A DNA stretch of 64,000 nt from Amoebophrya sp. A120 (lineage: Eukaryota > Protista > Dinoflagellata): contig CAJINV010000002.1 in the NCBI GenBank assembly GCA_905178155.1, forward strand, positions 8,575,224-8,639,223. The letters are read 5' to 3'. The first letter of the stretch is position 1; the number at the start of each line of letters is the position of its first letter. This document shows positions 39,004 through 51,329 of this stretch, one piece after another. The translations under genes were made by a program, and so were the position numbers. The notes beneath the pieces are model-generated. The model was not told the DNA's origin. It made no database searches and was given only the letters and a program-made list of their open reading frames with translations.

Positions 39004-42000
39004 TCATGTTGAAAAAAGCTTCTGTGCCAGTGTCGAACTCTTTCGCTCTTCTGCGTCTTGATGCTGTTGCTGTTTTTTTTCGGACAAAGTGGACATTTTT
39101 TCATCCCGACCTCCGAAAAGCAAACTCTCAACGATTTTCGGATGCTGGTGCGCGAGAGTTCGCAGGAGCTCCAACAAATCTCGAAAATCCTGCTCCTCTT
39201 GGTTGCTGTGGGTCTTGTTAGTACCTGCTCCCGCCTGCTGCTGCTCAAGAAGGTGTTGCCGCTGCCCTTGGCCTTGCTGGACACTAGCGGCCAGTTTCGC
39301 CTGCAACTTGTCAATTTTCATTTTCAATTTCCGGTTTTCCTTTTCTTTCTCCCCGAGTTCTTCCCGTAAAAGCCCCAGATTCATTTCCGACTGGGACAGC
39401 AGAAAGGCCGGGGTCATGCTATCGGCGAGGAGGGTGTTCAAGTGGTTTCTGTTGATGGTCTTTTCTTTGTCGTCGTGAATCACCGTCACATTCCCGGACG
39501 AAAATCCGGCTCCTGTGCGGCCTCCACTGGCATTGTAAAAGTCCGGCGCCATCAAATTGTTCGCTCTTGACTTCCGCCCCGATGGCGAGGAACCACCACT
39601 GCTCGTGGTTCCATGTCGATGAAGAACAGTGTAGAGTTGGGTGAACCCAAAACTGCGACTGCGCAGTGTCTGCAGTTCCGTGTAGATGGCGTCTATTTCC
39701 TTCCGGAGCTGCAGATTTTCATTCCTCACTTGGTGACAGTTTTCCTCCATGGCGCGCAGTGAGTCCTTGTACTCCTCTACCATCATCAGGGATTCGTTTT
39801 GGTAATTCTTGTTCTCTCGCCCCGACTTCGGTTGACTTTGCAAGGAACCGGCTTGACCCCCACGATTTTCCCTCTTTCTCAGGTAGCTGCCCACCAACGT
39901 CTTCGGCAAATTCAGCTTCTCGACCAGGAAAAAACGAAAGTCCCGCGTCATCAGCAATTGCTGGTCGCGCACGCCGGTTGCAATCCTTGCATCATGGGCC
40001 TGGACCGAACTTGCCACCTTCTTGGCGGTACCTCTACTACCTCCCCTGTTCTTCAACAGCGCGCAGCTTGGTGGGCGGATTGACATCACGGCGCTGTGGA
40101 TCTGTGCGAAGCTCCTGTCCATGGTTGTTCCAGCGGCAGCAGCTGTCGAACCCCCGCTCCCAGAAAGAAGTTGCTCCAATAGCTCGGGACACAAGGGCAG
40201 CCACTGTACCAGAATACACTGTAACAGCAGCTGGAGGTTTCTTGCAGTCACTGTGGAGGGTGTACTAGCTAAGCTAGCGTCGTTGAGATTACTCTGCTGG
40301 AACGACCTGGTCGCCGCTCCTACGTTGCTTGGACTGCTGGTTGATGTCACTCCTGCCATCATGCCTGTGCTTCCTGCTTTCTCCTCCAAGAACTGCGCGC
40401 AGTGGTGCAAAAGTTCCAGCACCCTGATGCAAACCAGGGTGCTGTGGTCGGCAATCTGTTGCTGGAACGCCGCGCAGTTGTGGCTCCAGATGGAAACCAC
40501 TTCGAGGGAAGCGAGCAGCGTGGTCAGCTCCGAACAGTGGTTGGACAGCGTGACCGGCACCGCCCCTGCGACAATCGAGACTGCTGTAGTAGAGGCACTG
40601 CCTGCAGCCTGGTCTCCTTCCGCCTCCTCTGCGATCAGCTGGTCCAGAATCTCTCCATGTTCCTGTAGCAGCTCCCGAAACCGTCCGGACGTCAACAGAC
40701 TGGCGGAAAACCGCAAGAAGAGCTGGAGAAACAGCTCCAGTAGTGGAATGCGCTCGACGAGCCCTGGTATTGTCCGGAGAGGAACCGTGGACAGTGGATG
40801 GACTGGTGTAGACGACGGCGCATTGTCTACTTCGTGGTGAAGACCACCAGTGGATGAGCTATTCGCAGGACCAGCAGTGTGGAGCAGCGTTTCCAGAAAC
40901 AGCAGTGCGAAGTACATACTTTCTGCCTGCGGCTGCGACTCGTGCGCCATGAGAAGCTGATCCACCGAACAGCACATCGCCCCATTTACTGTTCCACCCT
41001 GTACTAGTTGCGCGGCCTGAAGGCCTCCTGCTCCACCGCTCGCGCTAGTATTCGTCAACACCGCACAAACAACCTTCCCGGCGAAGGGCCAGCGAACGGC
41101 GTTCTGCTGCAAGAAGTCTTTCTGTAGTTGCCGCTCCTTCTTCTTCTGCACCTGTTGTCCGAGGTCGGCGTCCATTTCGGCGACCAGGGCGTCCAGGGAG
41201 TTTTCCAGCGCGTTCTGGAACTTTCCCACGTCTTCCTGCACCCTCTTCAGGTCCTGGTCCAATCGGGCGTCAACCGGAAACATGCTGCGATTTTTGTTCC
41301 CTCCTGACCCAACGCCACCGCCTCCGAATCTACGTGTTCCTCTAGTATCCTGTCCTCCCATCGCAGCAGTCGACATCATTTGGTCGTCGAAGTCATGCAG
41401 GTCCTCTTTGAAAAAACTCTGCGTTAAAAAATCCCGCAGGTCGGCATTGGCCTTACATAAGTTTAGCACCAACTCCAGCAGCGGGAGACGGATGAACTCC
41501 CTGAACACGTAAAAACAGGCTTCATCTTCCTCCGTGTTAGATGCAGTGGTCTGCAAGTAGTTGGAGGGGGAAGTGCCGTCTGCCGATGCTGTCGAAAATA
41601 CCAGCGAAACCGGCATCCAGGGCGAACTCGCCAGGACCGGCTTTGCTGAACGCTGCTGAGATGAAGTAGTCGCACTGTTGATATTTCCGGTGTTGTTCGC
41701 CGCGTCGGAATCTGCGCCTGCGAATTGCTCTTGCACCAAGATGGAGGTTGTCACGGGAAGTTGTTCCTCACTGAGATTCAACAAAAGCAGGCTCACCAAT
41801 CCGTAAATCAACGCGCCGCCGCAAGGACAGGGTTTTAGCATCAAGGAGTTGTCCGCGGAGGAGTTCACGTTGTTTCCTTCTTCCGTGTTAGAAGCACTAT
41901 TACCGGCATCATGATCTTCGTAGTGCGTCCAAAAAGGCGAGCGGTAATACCACGATCTTTCGGGCTCGAAGTCGCGGACCAGCTGGCTGAAGAGAGCGGA

Positions 42001-43731
42001 CTGAGACAACGACAAGTGCTTGCTTGCTGAAGTAGATGCGCTGGAAGATGAGACAGCGAATTGCTTGATGAGATCGATGATTTTCCTCGCCAAGACGGGG
42101 TTGTAGCGAATCACCAAAAACAGCGCTTCCGTCAAGTGCTGCAAGATGTAGGGCGTGCGAAGCAGAGTCGCGGCGTTCGCCTCGCGCTCGGAAAATGCTG
42201 CGCTGTCTTGCGTTGACGTTGTTCCTGATAGAGAAGAACCCCCTTCGTTCGCCCGGTTACTGCTCCCACCAGAGGAACAGTTCAGAAACACCGACAACAC
42301 ATCCAGCAATGGCTCGCAGGTCTGGAATAGCCGCCGCTGAAACGGCTTGGCATTCCGAGGACTAGCAGTTGTGGCCCCAGCAGTAGCGGACCTGCTGTGC
42401 TGGCCAACACAAGAACTAGACTCCTGCTGCAAAGCCTCAAGTCCTTGCTGCAAGACGTTCTCGGCGAACCGTTCGCGACGGTGCATAGTTGACTCGCCGT
42501 ACATTCCCGCAGATGACGTCCCATTTGATACTGACGTCGAGCTGTTCATCAGTTCCTCCTCAAAAACAGCTTTCAAATGTGCCTGGAAGTGCTGGCCGAA
42601 CAGGCTCCACAGTCGCGACACTAAATCTGCTTCCCGGAGGTACTTGCAGCCCCGTTCCGTCTGGAGCAGGAGAATCAAGATGCGGATCGGGGCGGCGCTC
42701 TGATGCAACTTGCCGCTCGCAGCCATGGCCTCTTCCAACGCTTCGATGGACAGAAGCGGCTCGGAGTCATCACTGTGGTCCTGTTGAAACTCCTCGTCAA
42801 AACCCCCTTGTAGGTCCGGGATTTGTCGTTGCCCGAGGTTCCCTGCACTGCCGCCCAGAAGGAACTCAAACAACCCCTGCATAATTAAAATGTTCGCCAC
42901 CATGCTGCTCTGCTGGTTCGTGCCCCTTGTGATGCGCAGCATCTCGTCGCCTTCGAGTAAGGAAATCACAAAGTTCAGGCACTCGTTGCGCACGAAGGCG
43001 CTCGACTGATGCAGGGTTTCCAGGAGGACCTGAAACACCAAGGGAGTTTGCAACAGGGATTCCTCCAGGTGGCGCGGGAAAAACTCGTGGAGCACCGCGA
43101 GCAGAGCAAACACGTCCGCGCGAATGTATAGCAGGTCGTTCAAATTGGTCGTCCCCGAGTCGTCCTGATTCGTGCTTGCAGAAACCAGGAGCTTGAGAAA
43201 CAGTTTCGCCTCCTCAGACTCGTAGAATATCGTCTTCGCGTAGGCGTGTTTATCTACTCCAGAATTAATACTGCTGGTGTTGTTCTTTCTGCTGGAAGAG
43301 GACGAAGATGATGAGGACGAGCCTATTCGCTTCGGCTCCGACGCAAACAGCTTCAAAAGCTCCAGCATGTCCGATAACGCCACACAATCCTGCTCGTCAC
43401 TCAGATCGAGTCGCTGCTCGCTGCCCCGTTCCCCACCCTCCAGAAGCCGGGAGACAAGATTCTTGAACTGCTTCAGCACCACGAGTAAACTCGCGTCCGC
43501 CGCGAGCGACACCATGGTCGTAGGAGCTTGCTTGTTCTGGTGCTCGGCCGACCGATTTCTGTCCGGCGACGTGCCGGAGTTTGTTCCGCCTTGCTGTCCG
43601 GCCGCGACATTTTGCTGAATCGCGAGCCGCTGGATGCGCTTGACTGCCGTGAAGTCACCGCGTTTCAAGTCCTCGACCTCGGAGGTGAGATCGATGTGCA
43701 CGTCGAGGGACGACAAAATGTTGGCGAACAT
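39004..43731 (-). CDS. Uso1/p115-like vesicle tethering protein, 1575 aa
   Basis: Long uninterrupted ORF with a helical-repeat head (FVRNECLNFVISLL, QGLFEFLL), C-terminal coiled coil and EEQDFRDLLELL, resembling Uso1/p115. Confidence 0.6.
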   Translation of the reverse strand: MFANILSSLDVHIDLTSEVEDLKRGDFTAVKRIQRLAIQQNVAAGQQGGTNSGTSPDRNRSAEHQNKQAPTTMVSLAADASLLVVLKQFKNLVSRLLEGGERGSEQRLDLSDEQDCVALSDMLELLKLFASEPKRIGSSSSSSSSSSRKNNTSSINSGVDKHAYAKTIFYESEEAKLFLKLLVSASTNQDDSGTTNLNDLLYIRADVFALLAVLHEFFPRHLEESLLQTPLVFQVLLETLHQSSAFVRNECLNFVISLLEGDEMLRITRGTNQQSSMVANILIMQGLFEFLLGGSAGNLGQRQIPDLQGGFDEEFQQDHSDDSEPLLSIEALEEAMAASGKLHQSAAPIRILILLLQTERGCKYLREADLVSRLWSLFGQHFQAHLKAVFEEELMNSSTSVSNGTSSAGMYGESTMHRRERFAENVLQQGLEALQQESSSCVGQHSRSATAGATTASPRNAKPFQRRLFQTCEPLLDVLSVFLNCSSGGSSNRANEGGSSLSGTTSTQDSAAFSEREANAATLLRTPYILQHLTEALFLVIRYNPVLARKIIDLIKQFAVSSSSASTSASKHLSLSQSALFSQLVRDFEPERSWYYRSPFWTHYEDHDAGNSASNTEEGNNVNSSADNSLMLKPCPCGGALIYGLVSLLLLNLSEEQLPVTTSILVQEQFAGADSDAANNTGNINSATTSSQQRSAKPVLASSPWMPVSLVFSTASADGTSPSNYLQTTASNTEEDEACFYVFREFIRLPLLELVLNLCKANADLRDFLTQSFFKEDLHDFDDQMMSTAAMGGQDTRGTRRFGGGGVGSGGNKNRSMFPVDARLDQDLKRVQEDVGKFQNALENSLDALVAEMDADLGQQVQKKKERQLQKDFLQQNAVRWPFAGKVVCAVLTNTSASGGAGGLQAAQLVQGGTVNGAMCCSVDQLLMAHESQPQAESMYFALLFLETLLHTAGPANSSSTGGLHHEVDNAPSSTPVHPLSTVPLRTIPGLVERIPLLELFLQLFLRFSASLLTSGRFRELLQEHGEILDQLIAEEAEGDQAAGSASTTAVSIVAGAVPVTLSNHCSELTTLLASLEVVSIWSHNCAAFQQQIADHSTLVCIRVLELLHHCAQFLEEKAGSTGMMAGVTSTSSPSNVGAATRSFQQSNLNDASLASTPSTVTARNLQLLLQCILVQWLPLCPELLEQLLSGSGGSTAAAAGTTMDRSFAQIHSAVMSIRPPSCALLKNRGGSRGTAKKVASSVQAHDARIATGVRDQQLLMTRDFRFFLVEKLNLPKTLVGSYLRKRENRGGQAGSLQSQPKSGRENKNYQNESLMMVEEYKDSLRAMEENCHQVRNENLQLRKEIDAIYTELQTLRSRSFGFTQLYTVLHRHGTTSSGGSSPSGRKSRANNLMAPDFYNASGGRTGAGFSSGNVTVIHDDKEKTINRNHLNTLLADSMTPAFLLSQSEMNLGLLREELGEKEKENRKLKMKIDKLQAKLAASVQQGQGQRQHLLEQQQAGAGTNKTHSNQEEQDFRDLLELLRTLAHQHPKIVESLLFGGRDEKMSTLSEKKQQQHQDAEERKSSTLAQKLFST

Positions 43732-44162
43732 GTTGCTTATGTGTGTTTTGATCTATTCGAAAATGAAGTTGAAGAGGGCTCAGAATGATAATTCTGGAGA
43801 AACTGGAATCTCGACCAAGAGAAAGGTAAAGCTTGTTGTCGTTTCATTTTCTAAAGAACTTGTCATTAGTAGCAGCTCTGACATGAGTGTCGGCCTGGAA
43901 AGCAGAAGGCGAAAACCGATTCAAAATGTCGTGTATGTTGAGAGTCGTGATCATGTACTCAGCGTCGTGTGAAAACAGTTCCAACGGGAAGATCTTAAGA
44001 ATCAGCGAGGCATGATTGTGATCGCAAGTAGTTGTAGTCACCGGAGACGAATACTTTGTTCCCCATGTCGCGGAGGAAAACCGACCATTACGAGAACATC
44101 ACGTCGGTGATACAACATCAGGTTTGATGATAAGCCCACTGCGGAGGAACAGTGAACGCCTC

Positions 44163-46206
44163 CTACCTAGCCAGTGCGCCGCAACGCCCACCTCCTCGCC
44201 AAATGAATGATTTCTTGATTTCTCCACCGCATTTCTTTTTGTAAAATTCGCTGCTGGTTTTCCAGATTTGCAGTTGCTGTGCCAAGTCTTGCTTTTCTTG
44301 CACTAGAGTTGCGGTTTCTTCTTTCAAGGATTCGCACGCCTTTGATTGCCTTGCACACAAGAGTTCCAGTTCGTCAAATCGTCGCTGCAACTCCAATATG
44401 CATTGCAAAAGTATCGCACTCGTATAAATGCATTGCAAATTTCCCCAGCATGAGTAGAAATAAAATTTGTCATGCGGATTTACCTTAAGAAAAAAATTTG
44501 TAATGCATGACTGCAATACGAGTACGATACTTGCACAGGATATCCAGGGCAAAGTCCTTCAAATTCCGGTTTTGCTCCTTCAGCTCCGCCTGTTCTTGCC
44601 GAATGTTTTTCTCGTCCTCGAAGCTCAGGCAGGTCTTTTGCTTCTCTTCTAAAGCATCAAATTGGTTTTGCAGTCTTTCCTTCTCCAAATTCGCTTTACC
44701 TAGTTCCGTCACTGCACCATTCAGTCTTTCCTCCAAGCACGACGTTTTCTCCAGCAGGAACGAATTCTCCGCGTTCACGCGCTCGTTGTCTTGCTGCAGA
44801 ATGGTGGCGACTTTCTGGCTCTCCTGGACTTCCTTCTGCAGATGCAGCTTGCAATCCTGCGCTTCCAGCAGCCGCTCGTGGAGGTGCCTGTTTTCTCGGT
44901 GGAAAATCTCCTGGTCCTTTCCCAACGCGGTCAAACTGTGCTCCAGCAGCAACCGCTTCTCCTTTTTCAGCGCCTCTAACTCGGTATGCAATGCGTCGTT
45001 GCGCTTCTTGTACTCGAAATTGTACGTTTCGGCCTGTCTCAGCTCCGCTTGCAGATCGTGAACTTCGAATTCTAGCTCGATCGCGGTTTTCTTCTTGATG
45101 GAGGTGGGATTCTGGCTGATACTCGATGTTGGAGCACCGACTGACTGGTCGGGCTCGGGTTCGACTACAGTTTCCTGTTTTGCGCGACAGCTTTGATGTT
45201 CATCGCTGGACAAGGGAAATGGACAAGCGTCTTGCTCGCCATGCTCTGCGAAGATCATCTCCTGCCCAGGAGGCAATTTCAGTTCCTTCATGAACAAATT
45301 CGCGCCGACCGCGTCCGCAGCAGTCAATGCGATTGAGGAGTTTTTACTACTGATGTAGTTGAGCGCCGCCGTACAAGAATTGTATGCCGAAGAAAACGAT
45401 GAAGAACCACCATCAGTGCCAACCTGGAAATTACTCCCGCTTGCTCCGCTCATCCCGTACAGTTCTGCCGGGGAGAACATCGGCGGGGGCGGCGGACTGG
45501 GGAACGCGTCGGACTCTTTGCTGTCGGACAAGCCCAGGTCCGACGGTTTCAACTTTTGCAACATGCTGCCCTTCTCGGCGGAGGTGTAGGTCGGCGTCTG
45601 AGTTTGCAGCATTGCTGGATTTTTGACCTGGTGATGCTCTTCTGGCGCAGAACTCGCAAAGGGCTGCTGCCGCTGCTGATCCAAATCCTCGTCATGCTCA
45701 TGCCCTGTTCCTGTCGTCGCATCAAGAGGATCAGTGTGCAAATACAGGCGGGCTCGGTCGTCCTCACCGGCTTCGGCAGCGAAGTGCTCGCTTGTGCTTC
45801 TGCTAGTAGCGGGGTTTGATTTTTTCTGCTCCTGTTGGTCTTCAACAGTAGCGCCAATGCGACTAAGACCTCCGCCTTTCAAAGGAGAAATGAACTGGAT
45901 GACTCCTTTCTTGTTCTCCGGGGATGCTGCTGTTCCGCTCTTCGTGTTGCAGACGTTTTTGTCCGTGTCGATGGTTTTATCCAAAACGGCAGCTGGAATT
46001 TTTTGCTGCGCATTAGCGCCGTCTGCCAGTTTACGAAAATCGTGGCCATCACGGACGCCAGCGCTCGTAGCGTCCCGATCCTCAACGCCAGAGGCAAGCG
46101 CGCATTGCTCCTCCTGCATGCGCTCGAGAAAGCTCTGCATGTCCCGGAGAGTCGGAGAGGCCGACACATCGGTGGGCTTACAAGTCGCGCTCGCTGCTTC
46201 TGGCAT
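44163..46206 (-). CDS. Hypothetical coiled-coil protein, ~630 aa
   Basis: 573-aa ORF with heptad-rich C-terminus that continues (DFALELQRRFDEL) once the 151-nt non-canonical intron is removed. Confidence 0.7.
44397..44542 (-). mobile_element. IR-bounded introner-like intron (146 bp + imperfect 5-bp direct repeat)
   Basis: TAT...ATA ends similar to 24159-24377; flanks tccaa/tccag; frame restored on removal. Confidence 0.85.
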
Positions 46207-46813
46207 TTTGTTTGATCCTTTTCGCGCGCTCTTGTGTCAATCGGCAGATTTTTCCGCTCTTTACTCTCTTACGCGGATCATGTGCGTATCCATCTGCGCA
46301 ACGGCCGAAAACTACATCAAGCAATACGAATCGGCGTCAGACCTCCTGATTCATTTCTTGCACCATCAGGTTCAGGTTGTTGCTCTTATGGCTCTTGAAA
46401 CAATCTCTCAACAGCTTCATCATCACCATTCGCTCGATATGTCCGAACCCTCAAACCCTCGTGGTAGCAGCAGATTGCAGCTTCACTGAAAAGGAACACA
46501 AACACAAAAAAGATGACAGACAAGTAAATTCAAGATTAACTCTGTTCAGTAGCCACAGGCAAGCAATGCGGAGCTGACGCACTAGGAGGACGAAGACGAA
46601 GCAACAGCAAGTCGATCGTCCGCGTGCTGCATTTTGCCTTGTTGTTAAATTATTGTTAGTCAGTGTCAGAGGTACCCATGCAAGTATACATCAATCTTCT
46701 TTCGAAGAGGTCATCCACACGAGAATGTCCACATTCGTTCGCCGCGTGATCTGGAAAACGTGCGTTGTCAGTTTGGCCCGTCTCGCCGCTTTCCCCGCCG
46801 GGGCAGTACTAGT

Positions 46814-49800
46814 CTAGCTGTTGATAAAGTGCATGCGAAATTGTTTCTCCCGGTCCGCCTGTTTTGCCTTCCGTTCGCGCTCGTGCAACACAAAAGCGAC
46901 GAGCAACAGGACAACCAGCAGCAGTAGACACACAAAAAAGATTACGTAGAAGTAACCCGCCGGGTTTACCACCAGCTCGAGCGACCACTCATTTGACGCC
47001 GCGGCGCTCCACACTGAGACTGGACGAGGACGTCTATCGTATCGTGGACTGTCAGGTATCGCCCCTGCTCCTTTCGGCCTTGTTGCCGAAGATGCTGCAG
47101 AATGAGAAAGCCTCATTTCTCTGCTGGTTGTTTGCTCCAATGCTGGTGTGCCATGATCTTGATCGGATACAACCGCGGATGATGAAAAAGGGATGATCAC
47201 TGCCACGGCCGAGTTGGGCACGATCTGCGACCCCTCGAAGCGACGTGTGAATCCGCGCGCGTTGGGGAGGAAAGGAAGACACCCAATTTCGAAGTCGTCA
47301 ATGTAACTGTTCGAGTCCTTTAAGCCCAAATCTAGAAACGGCAGTTGCAAGCTACCAAAGTGATTGCTGGTCCCAAGTAAAGTCGTGCGGGTCTGCTTCC
47401 GTTCCAGGTTGCGCGGATTCAGATAGCCCAACTGGAGCGTGCAGGTGAACGGAACTATATTCCGAGTGGTGTAAATCGACGAAGTTGCACCAGCGGCGGC
47501 GCCAGGTCGCGCTGTCGGTCCTGGGTGCACCACCATCTGCTGGTCCGACGGCTCGGGCACGGACAGGTATGGCGTTCTCAAACGTTACATTGTCAGCTGT
47601 TACATGATTTGTCAAGCAAAATTGCCTTCAGAATCGACACCATCAAGCTGCTTCGCATGACAAATTCCCAGAGGGCCAAACAGGCTGATAATCGGCGCCA
47701 AATCTGTCATGCAAGATGCGCGCGATCCCTCCTATCACTTTTGCTATTCTTGCATCACGAATTCATGCAACAGTTGAGAATGTAACGTTTGAGAACGCCA
47801 TAACAGGAGCGCTTGCGTTTGGATGTGGAACGAAATTTTCGCCGGGTTGTAGCAGAAAACAAAGTATTTGTACATACCCACTGCTGCAGCAGTACGAAGC
47901 GTTGTCCCAGTAGCATCATTCCTTGGAGTAAGCTCGAACGCCCAAGCAAGGATTTGCACCCTGCGACCCAAGTCCCCGTAGAATGCCGCGCCGCTGTAAT
48001 CACCCTTAGGAAGGGAAAACTTTTGGAAAACCTTTCTGTGCAGTACGTTTTGGTGTTGGGCGTAGCTTGAAGATGATCGACCAGACCCTTCGGTAGTATC
48101 GCTTTCTGCTGGCTGCTCCGACTGCTCCTCTTCGTTACCAATTAGGAGGAAGGTGGTGCATTGGAACGAATCCTGAGCTCCTGGTTTATTCCTGGCACTC
48201 GTGTTTTCGCTATGAGCGTCGCCTGTCGACGTCATACTGCAGTAGGTGTACATGATATCGAGCTTGCCATCTTGATTCAAGTCACCCAGACGAAGCCAGC
48301 GGTCGTTAGAGAGCAAGCCATATTCAACACTTCTCCTTCCTGAAGCTGCAACATTTTGTCTGCGCTTTCCATGTTGTCTCTCATCCTCTCGCGCGTGAAC
48401 GGAGATCGGAATACGACGCCAACACGGATTTCTTCCCGAGCGTTCTTGTAACTCTGAATGCTGAGCAGGTGGCACGCGCACAGAGGCCTCCCCATCGCCC
48501 TCTGGGTGTTGTTCCGAAGCTTCCGCGAGGACATCATTGTTCTGATTCTGAAGAACATTCCCCCTGTCTCTTTCGATCTGGTTGCTTTGCCCATGATGAT
48601 GGTGCCCGCCGGCTGTGCAAGTGAATTCCTCAACAATAAGGGCAGGTTCCCTGTCAACAATCTCAGGCAACGGTGCATCCATGAGGGCAGCAGGAGTTTC
48701 TGCTTCATGATCTTCACCCGCAGACCCTACCAAGTCCTCTTGTGTAGCGGCTTGTTGACTGTTCCGTGGCATTTTCGCCCTCCGCGTACCAGAAGTAGAA
48801 GTTGAAAGGCACACAAGCTGCGTCTTCCCGGTACCAAACAAATCAGCAAAGGAAAACTGCGAATTTGCGTCTTCCGCTGAAGTGATTTCGGTTTCGCGCA
48901 GTTCGCGCGCAGGAGCGATTGAGTCGTATCCCCATTCTTTCTTTCGCAACCAGACAAAGCGGGTTCTTTGCTCTACTCCAGCAGGGGCAACACTGGTTGC
49001 GCTCTCATTGCCGGCTCCATCGGGAGCAGCCCCAAGAATCGGTGTGCTGACAAAAACCCATAATTGCACCACTGCTGCGCTGTTCGGCTTCATTTCGCCA
49101 TGTGCTCCCCGACCTTCGATCTTCTGAGTACCCTGTTGCCTTGACGTAATGTCCACGGGCACAATCAGTTCCGGAGTGTTGTCTCCGTCTAGATCTGCGA
49201 GGGACGGGGAAAAATGCTTTCTCACGGAAAAGACCACGCCATCTGTCTGCGCTTTCCATCCGGTTTGCAGCAGGAACTTCCCCAGGGGAAACTCCTGGTC
49301 AGCGGGAAAAAGGATGAGCCGGACAGCTGTTGCGGCAGTACTGCGGTGATCCGGACCTGTGCTGGTACCACTTCTCAAATCGCTAATTCGCACGCGGTCC
49401 GCCAACAAGAGATCCAGGCGTCCGTCGAAGTTCAAATCTACCAAAAATGGTTCGGAATCAGACGCGATCTCATCAAGTGTTTTCTCGTAGTCGCGCGTAC
49501 TGCTTCTCTCGTAGCTTGCGGCGTAGCCATAATTCTGGGGCTCCGCGCTTGCCCGAGAAATTGGGGGCTTTTGCCGCAGGTAGACCTGTGTGAGAAAAGA
49601 GGATGACTGCGAGGGAGCAGTAGATGAGACGCTGCTGGATCTAGCAGGACTAGCTCCTGATGAGGATTCTTGATGCGCACTGTTTGACGATCGTGGCTCG
49701 CTTTTGTTCCAGATCACGAGCACGTCCGGCAGGCCATCGAGATTGAGATCTGCGTGCGAGATCACCCGGACGGGCTTCATACTCCCATTCTCCACGTCGG

Positions 49801-50782
49801 CAGAAAAATCCCTTGGTGTCTCAAGCGGCAAAGCCAGCCGGTGCTGGCTACTTGGCCTGTAGTTCGTGCGAACGTGTGCAATGCCATGTGGCGTGGTCGA
49901 TCCAGCTGCTATATCGCTTTCTGTACCGTGTAACCCAGTTTCTGTAGTCTGCTGCTGCTGCGGTCTGATTTCGTCCGACGCCCCGTCTCGTCCGTCTTGC
50001 ACCACGTAGTTATCGTCGTCATCTACGTGCATGTTGGACGACGTGAAGAACAAAATCGAGTAGAAGCTGTCTGCTAATGCTTCTCCGCCGCGTCCTCGTG
50101 CTGGCGCTGCTGCGAATGAGCTTCCAGCAGCGTTGTCTCCTTCTAGTTGGGCATGATTATCTGCATCGCTTGTTCTACTAATAATGCGCTCGTTATTACG
50201 ACGATTCCTCGCCCGGCTGCGCGAAAAAGAGTTTTCATTTCTCGCAATAACCGTGGCTTCCATCTCCATTTTGTTGGAATTCGTGTTCTGCTGTGCCCCG
50301 CCTGTCGAGCTGCTAGGTGGTGCCGTTCTTGCGCTGGCGCTGAACCCGTAACTCAGCGGCGGACTGGGAAAGCCGGGTAATGTCCGCGAAAGCTCGAGCC
50401 CGGGGAGCAATCGCGGGACCACAGCCGCAGGATTGCGGTCAAGTGATCCGTCATAATTTGGGCTCCCATTGGAATCGGAAACCGCTGGTGGGAGATGACC
50501 GACATCCTGGGGGGAAGCTATCGGTGTCAGTGAGGCTCCTTGGTTTCGGTTTCCACCTGGTTCACTAGGTCGCGCATTGGGATCATTACCGGAACCAAAT
50601 CCATTGTCCTGCTCTTCCCCGGTATTTCCAAAAGAGAGACAAGGTCGCAGGCCCAGTAGGATATACGAATACAACATTCCCACAAGAAGTCTCCGCACGT
50701 GAAAAAACCTCCAGCATCTCATGAGCCCTATCTTTTGGCGCTGGCTTGTCGGGCCGTGCAGGAGTTGGAGTTCCTGCGCCAT
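46814..50782 (-). CDS. ITFG1/TIP (LINKIN)-like FG-GAP membrane protein, ~1,240 aa
   Basis: N-terminal hydrophobic segment; ADLNLDGLPDV, DLNFDGRLDL, ADLDGDNTPEL, GDLNQDGKLDI repeats; LGL..SNSYID, IVPNS; C-terminal TM and short charged tail. Confidence 0.8.
47568..47802 (-). mobile_element. IR-bounded introner-like intron (235 bp + 5-bp direct repeat)
   Basis: ~40-bp IR beginning tatggcgttctcaaacgttacatt; acagg at 47563-47567 and 47803-47807. Removal joins QALL to SVPEP. Confidence 0.92.
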
Positions 50783-51329
50783 TTTTGCAGTAGACGCTAG
50801 CAGACTTCTACTTTTTTGAGTGCTGGTCGTCCTCCACCTTCTCTATGTACGTACTTTTACGCCTTGTGTTTGAAGCACACGCCCGAGCTCTAGAGAGCTC
50901 ACTTTGCAATTGCAAACAAGATGGGGAATAATTCACACATGATCAAATCAAAGTGAAACTGCTCCAGCCTTCCACTGACTTCCCGAGACAAAAATGCAAG
51001 TTTTGGAACAAACTACAAGTACGCGACGACAAGCGGAAAACTTTCTTGTGAAGCTAGACAACTCCTCGAAATAAAAACGCATTGCGACGATCTGACGCAC
51101 TACAACTTACAACCATCGGTCTAGAGTAGAACATCAGAGGTTTTCAGAAAAACTGTGCGCCATTTACTCCATGATTGTGTTCTTGATCTTGTTCCGATGT
51201 TGCTTTGCGTAGAGTCTTCTATTGTGCGGTAATCTAATATGTCGCATGATCCGTAGGCACCATTCGCTTTCGACAATACCACGCGCTGTTCTGCACAGAT
51301 ACTGCCAAAATAGAAATGGACCAACAACA